Shown: piece by piece, positions 61,661 through 64,000 of the stretch
Position numbering within the stretch: the stretch's first letter is position 1
Layout of the letters: each line of letters begins with the position of its first letter
NCBI RefSeq assembly: GCF_018350175.1
Contig: NC_058382.1
Span: 59,708,001 to 59,772,000 of the forward strand
Length of the DNA stretch: 64,000 bases
DNA from: Felis catus
Lineage: Eukaryota
Reading direction: 5' to 3'
Position numbers and translations under genes: made by a program
Notes under the pieces: model-generated
The model's database searches: none
Seen by the model: only the letters and a program-made list of their open reading frames with translations
Told to the model about the DNA's origin: nothing

Positions 61661-64000
61661 CATCATCATCACCATCATCACTACCATCCTCCTCCTCATC
61701 ACCACTATTATCACCATCATCATCACCATCACCATCATCATTATCACCATCACCATCATCACCATCACCATCACCATCACCACCATCATCACCATCACCA
61801 CCATCATCACCATCATCATCACCATCACCATCACCATCACCACCACCATCATCACCATCACCACCATCATCACCATCACCACCATCATCACCATCACCAC
61901 CGTCACCACCATCATCACCATCATCACCACCATCATCACCATCACCACCACCATTACCACCATCACCACCATCACCACCACCATCATCACCATCACCACC
62001 ATCACCACCATCACCACCATCACCACCATCATCACCATCATCACCATCATCATCACCATCACCACCACCATCACCACCATCACCACCATCATCACCATCA
62101 CTATCACCATCATCATCACCATCACCACCACCATCACCACCATCATCACCATCACCACCACCATCACCACCATCATCACCATCACTATCACCATCACCAC
62201 TATCACCACCACCATCACCACCATCATCACCATCACCACCATCACCACCATCATCACCATCACTATCACCATCATCATCACCATCACCACCACCACCACC
62301 ATCACCACCATCATCACCATCACTATCACCATCACCACCATCATCACCATCACCACCACCATCATCACCATCACCACCATCACCACCATCACCACCATCA
62401 CCACCATCACCCCCATCATCACCATCATCACCACCATCATCACCATCACCACCACCATCACCACCATCACCACCATCACCCCCATCATCACCACCATCAC
62501 CCCCATCATCACCATCACCACCACCATCACCACCATCACCACCATCATCACCATCACTATCACCATCATCATCACCATCACCACCACCATCACCACCATC
62601 ATCACCATCACTATCACCATCACCACCATCATCACCACCATCATCACCACCATCACCATCACCACCACCATCATCACCATCACTATCACCATCATCATCA
62701 CCATCACCACCACCACCACCATCACCACCATCATCACCATCACTATCACCATCACCACCATCATCACCATCACCACCATCACCACCATCATCACCATCAT
62801 CACCACCACCACCATCACCACCACCATCACCACCATCACCACCATCACCACCATCATCACCATCACTATCACCATCATCATCACCGTCACCACCACCACC
62901 ACCATCACCACCATCATCACCATCATCATCACCATCACCACCACCATCATCACCATCACCACCATCATCACCATCACCACCATCATCACCATCACCACCA
63001 CCATCACCACCATCATCACCATCATCACCACCATTACCATCACCACCACCATCATCACCATCACTATCACCATCATCATCACCATCACCACCACCACCAC
63101 CATCACCACCATCATCACCATCACTATCACCATCACCACCATCATCACCATCATCACCACCATCACCACCATCACCACCATCATCACCATCACCACCACC
63201 ATCATCATCACCATCACCACCACCATCACCACCATCATCATCATCACTATCACCATCACCACCATCATCACCATCACCACCATCATCACCATCATCACCA
63301 TCACTATCACCATCACCACCATCACCACCATCACCATCACCATCATCATCACCATCACCACCACCACCACCATCACCACCATCACCACCATCACCACCAT
63401 CACCACCATCACCATCACCATCACCCACCATCACCACCATCATCACCATCATCACCATCACTATCACCATCATCATCACCATCACCACCACCACCACCAT
63501 CACCACCATCATCACCATCACTATCACCATCATCACCATCATCACCATCACCACCATCACCACCACCATCATCACCATCACCACCATCACCACCATCACC
63601 ACCATCACCACCATCACCCCCATCATCACCATCATCACCACCATCATCACCATCACCACCACCATCACCACCATCACCACCATCACCACCATCACCACCA
63701 TCATCACCATCACTATCACCATCATCACCATCATCACCATCACCACCATCACCACCACCATCATCACCATCACCACCATCACCACCATCACCACCATCAC
63801 CACCATCACCCCCATCATCACCATCATCACCACCATCATCACCATCACCACCACCATCATCATCACCATCACCACCATCATCACCATCACTATCACCATC
63901 ATCATCACCATCACCACCACCATCACCACCATCATCACCATCACCATCACCACCACCATCATCACCATCACTATCACCATCATCATCACCATCACCACCA
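61661..64000. repeat. Long (CAC/CAT)n triplet array, truncated by the window end
   Basis: >2.3 kb of CAC/CAT triplets with rare TAT, CCC, CGT and TAC variants. Confidence 0.98.

Noticed and set aside
61526..63998. 632-aa and 780-aa minus-strand ORFs (Met/Val and Gly/Asp rich)
   Set aside because: They are translations of the (CAC/CAT)n array; one reads out into a MIR. No unique domain or gene context.

Overview
GC-rich, repeat-dense mammalian genomic DNA from a felid (cat-like). About 20 tRNA-derived CAN-SINE copies are present, three of them with young Felis-type diagnostic bases. No protein-coding gene, RNA gene or CRISPR array can be supported; the window reads as intergenic or deep-intronic. 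The ORF track is explained by chance ORFs in GC-rich DNA, SINE-derived ORFs and simple-repeat ORFs. Most of the window is layered transposon debris (CAN-SINEs, MIR, L2, L1M fragments, MaLR/ERVL LTRs, hAT and Tc2/pogo DNA transposon remnants). It also holds a 21-bp G-rich minisatellite with a 146-bp higher-order unit, a CA-rich compound repeat, and a >2.3-kb (CAC/CAT)n array running off the 3' end. The most notable observations are a fossil pogo/Tc2 DDE transposase fragment, two SINEs stacked at one target site, nested insertions, and candidate RFX, CTCF and YY1 sites. I do not find a supportable novel biological system. Repeat family names come from recognising consensus motifs from memory, not from a database search, and boundaries of old elements are approximate.
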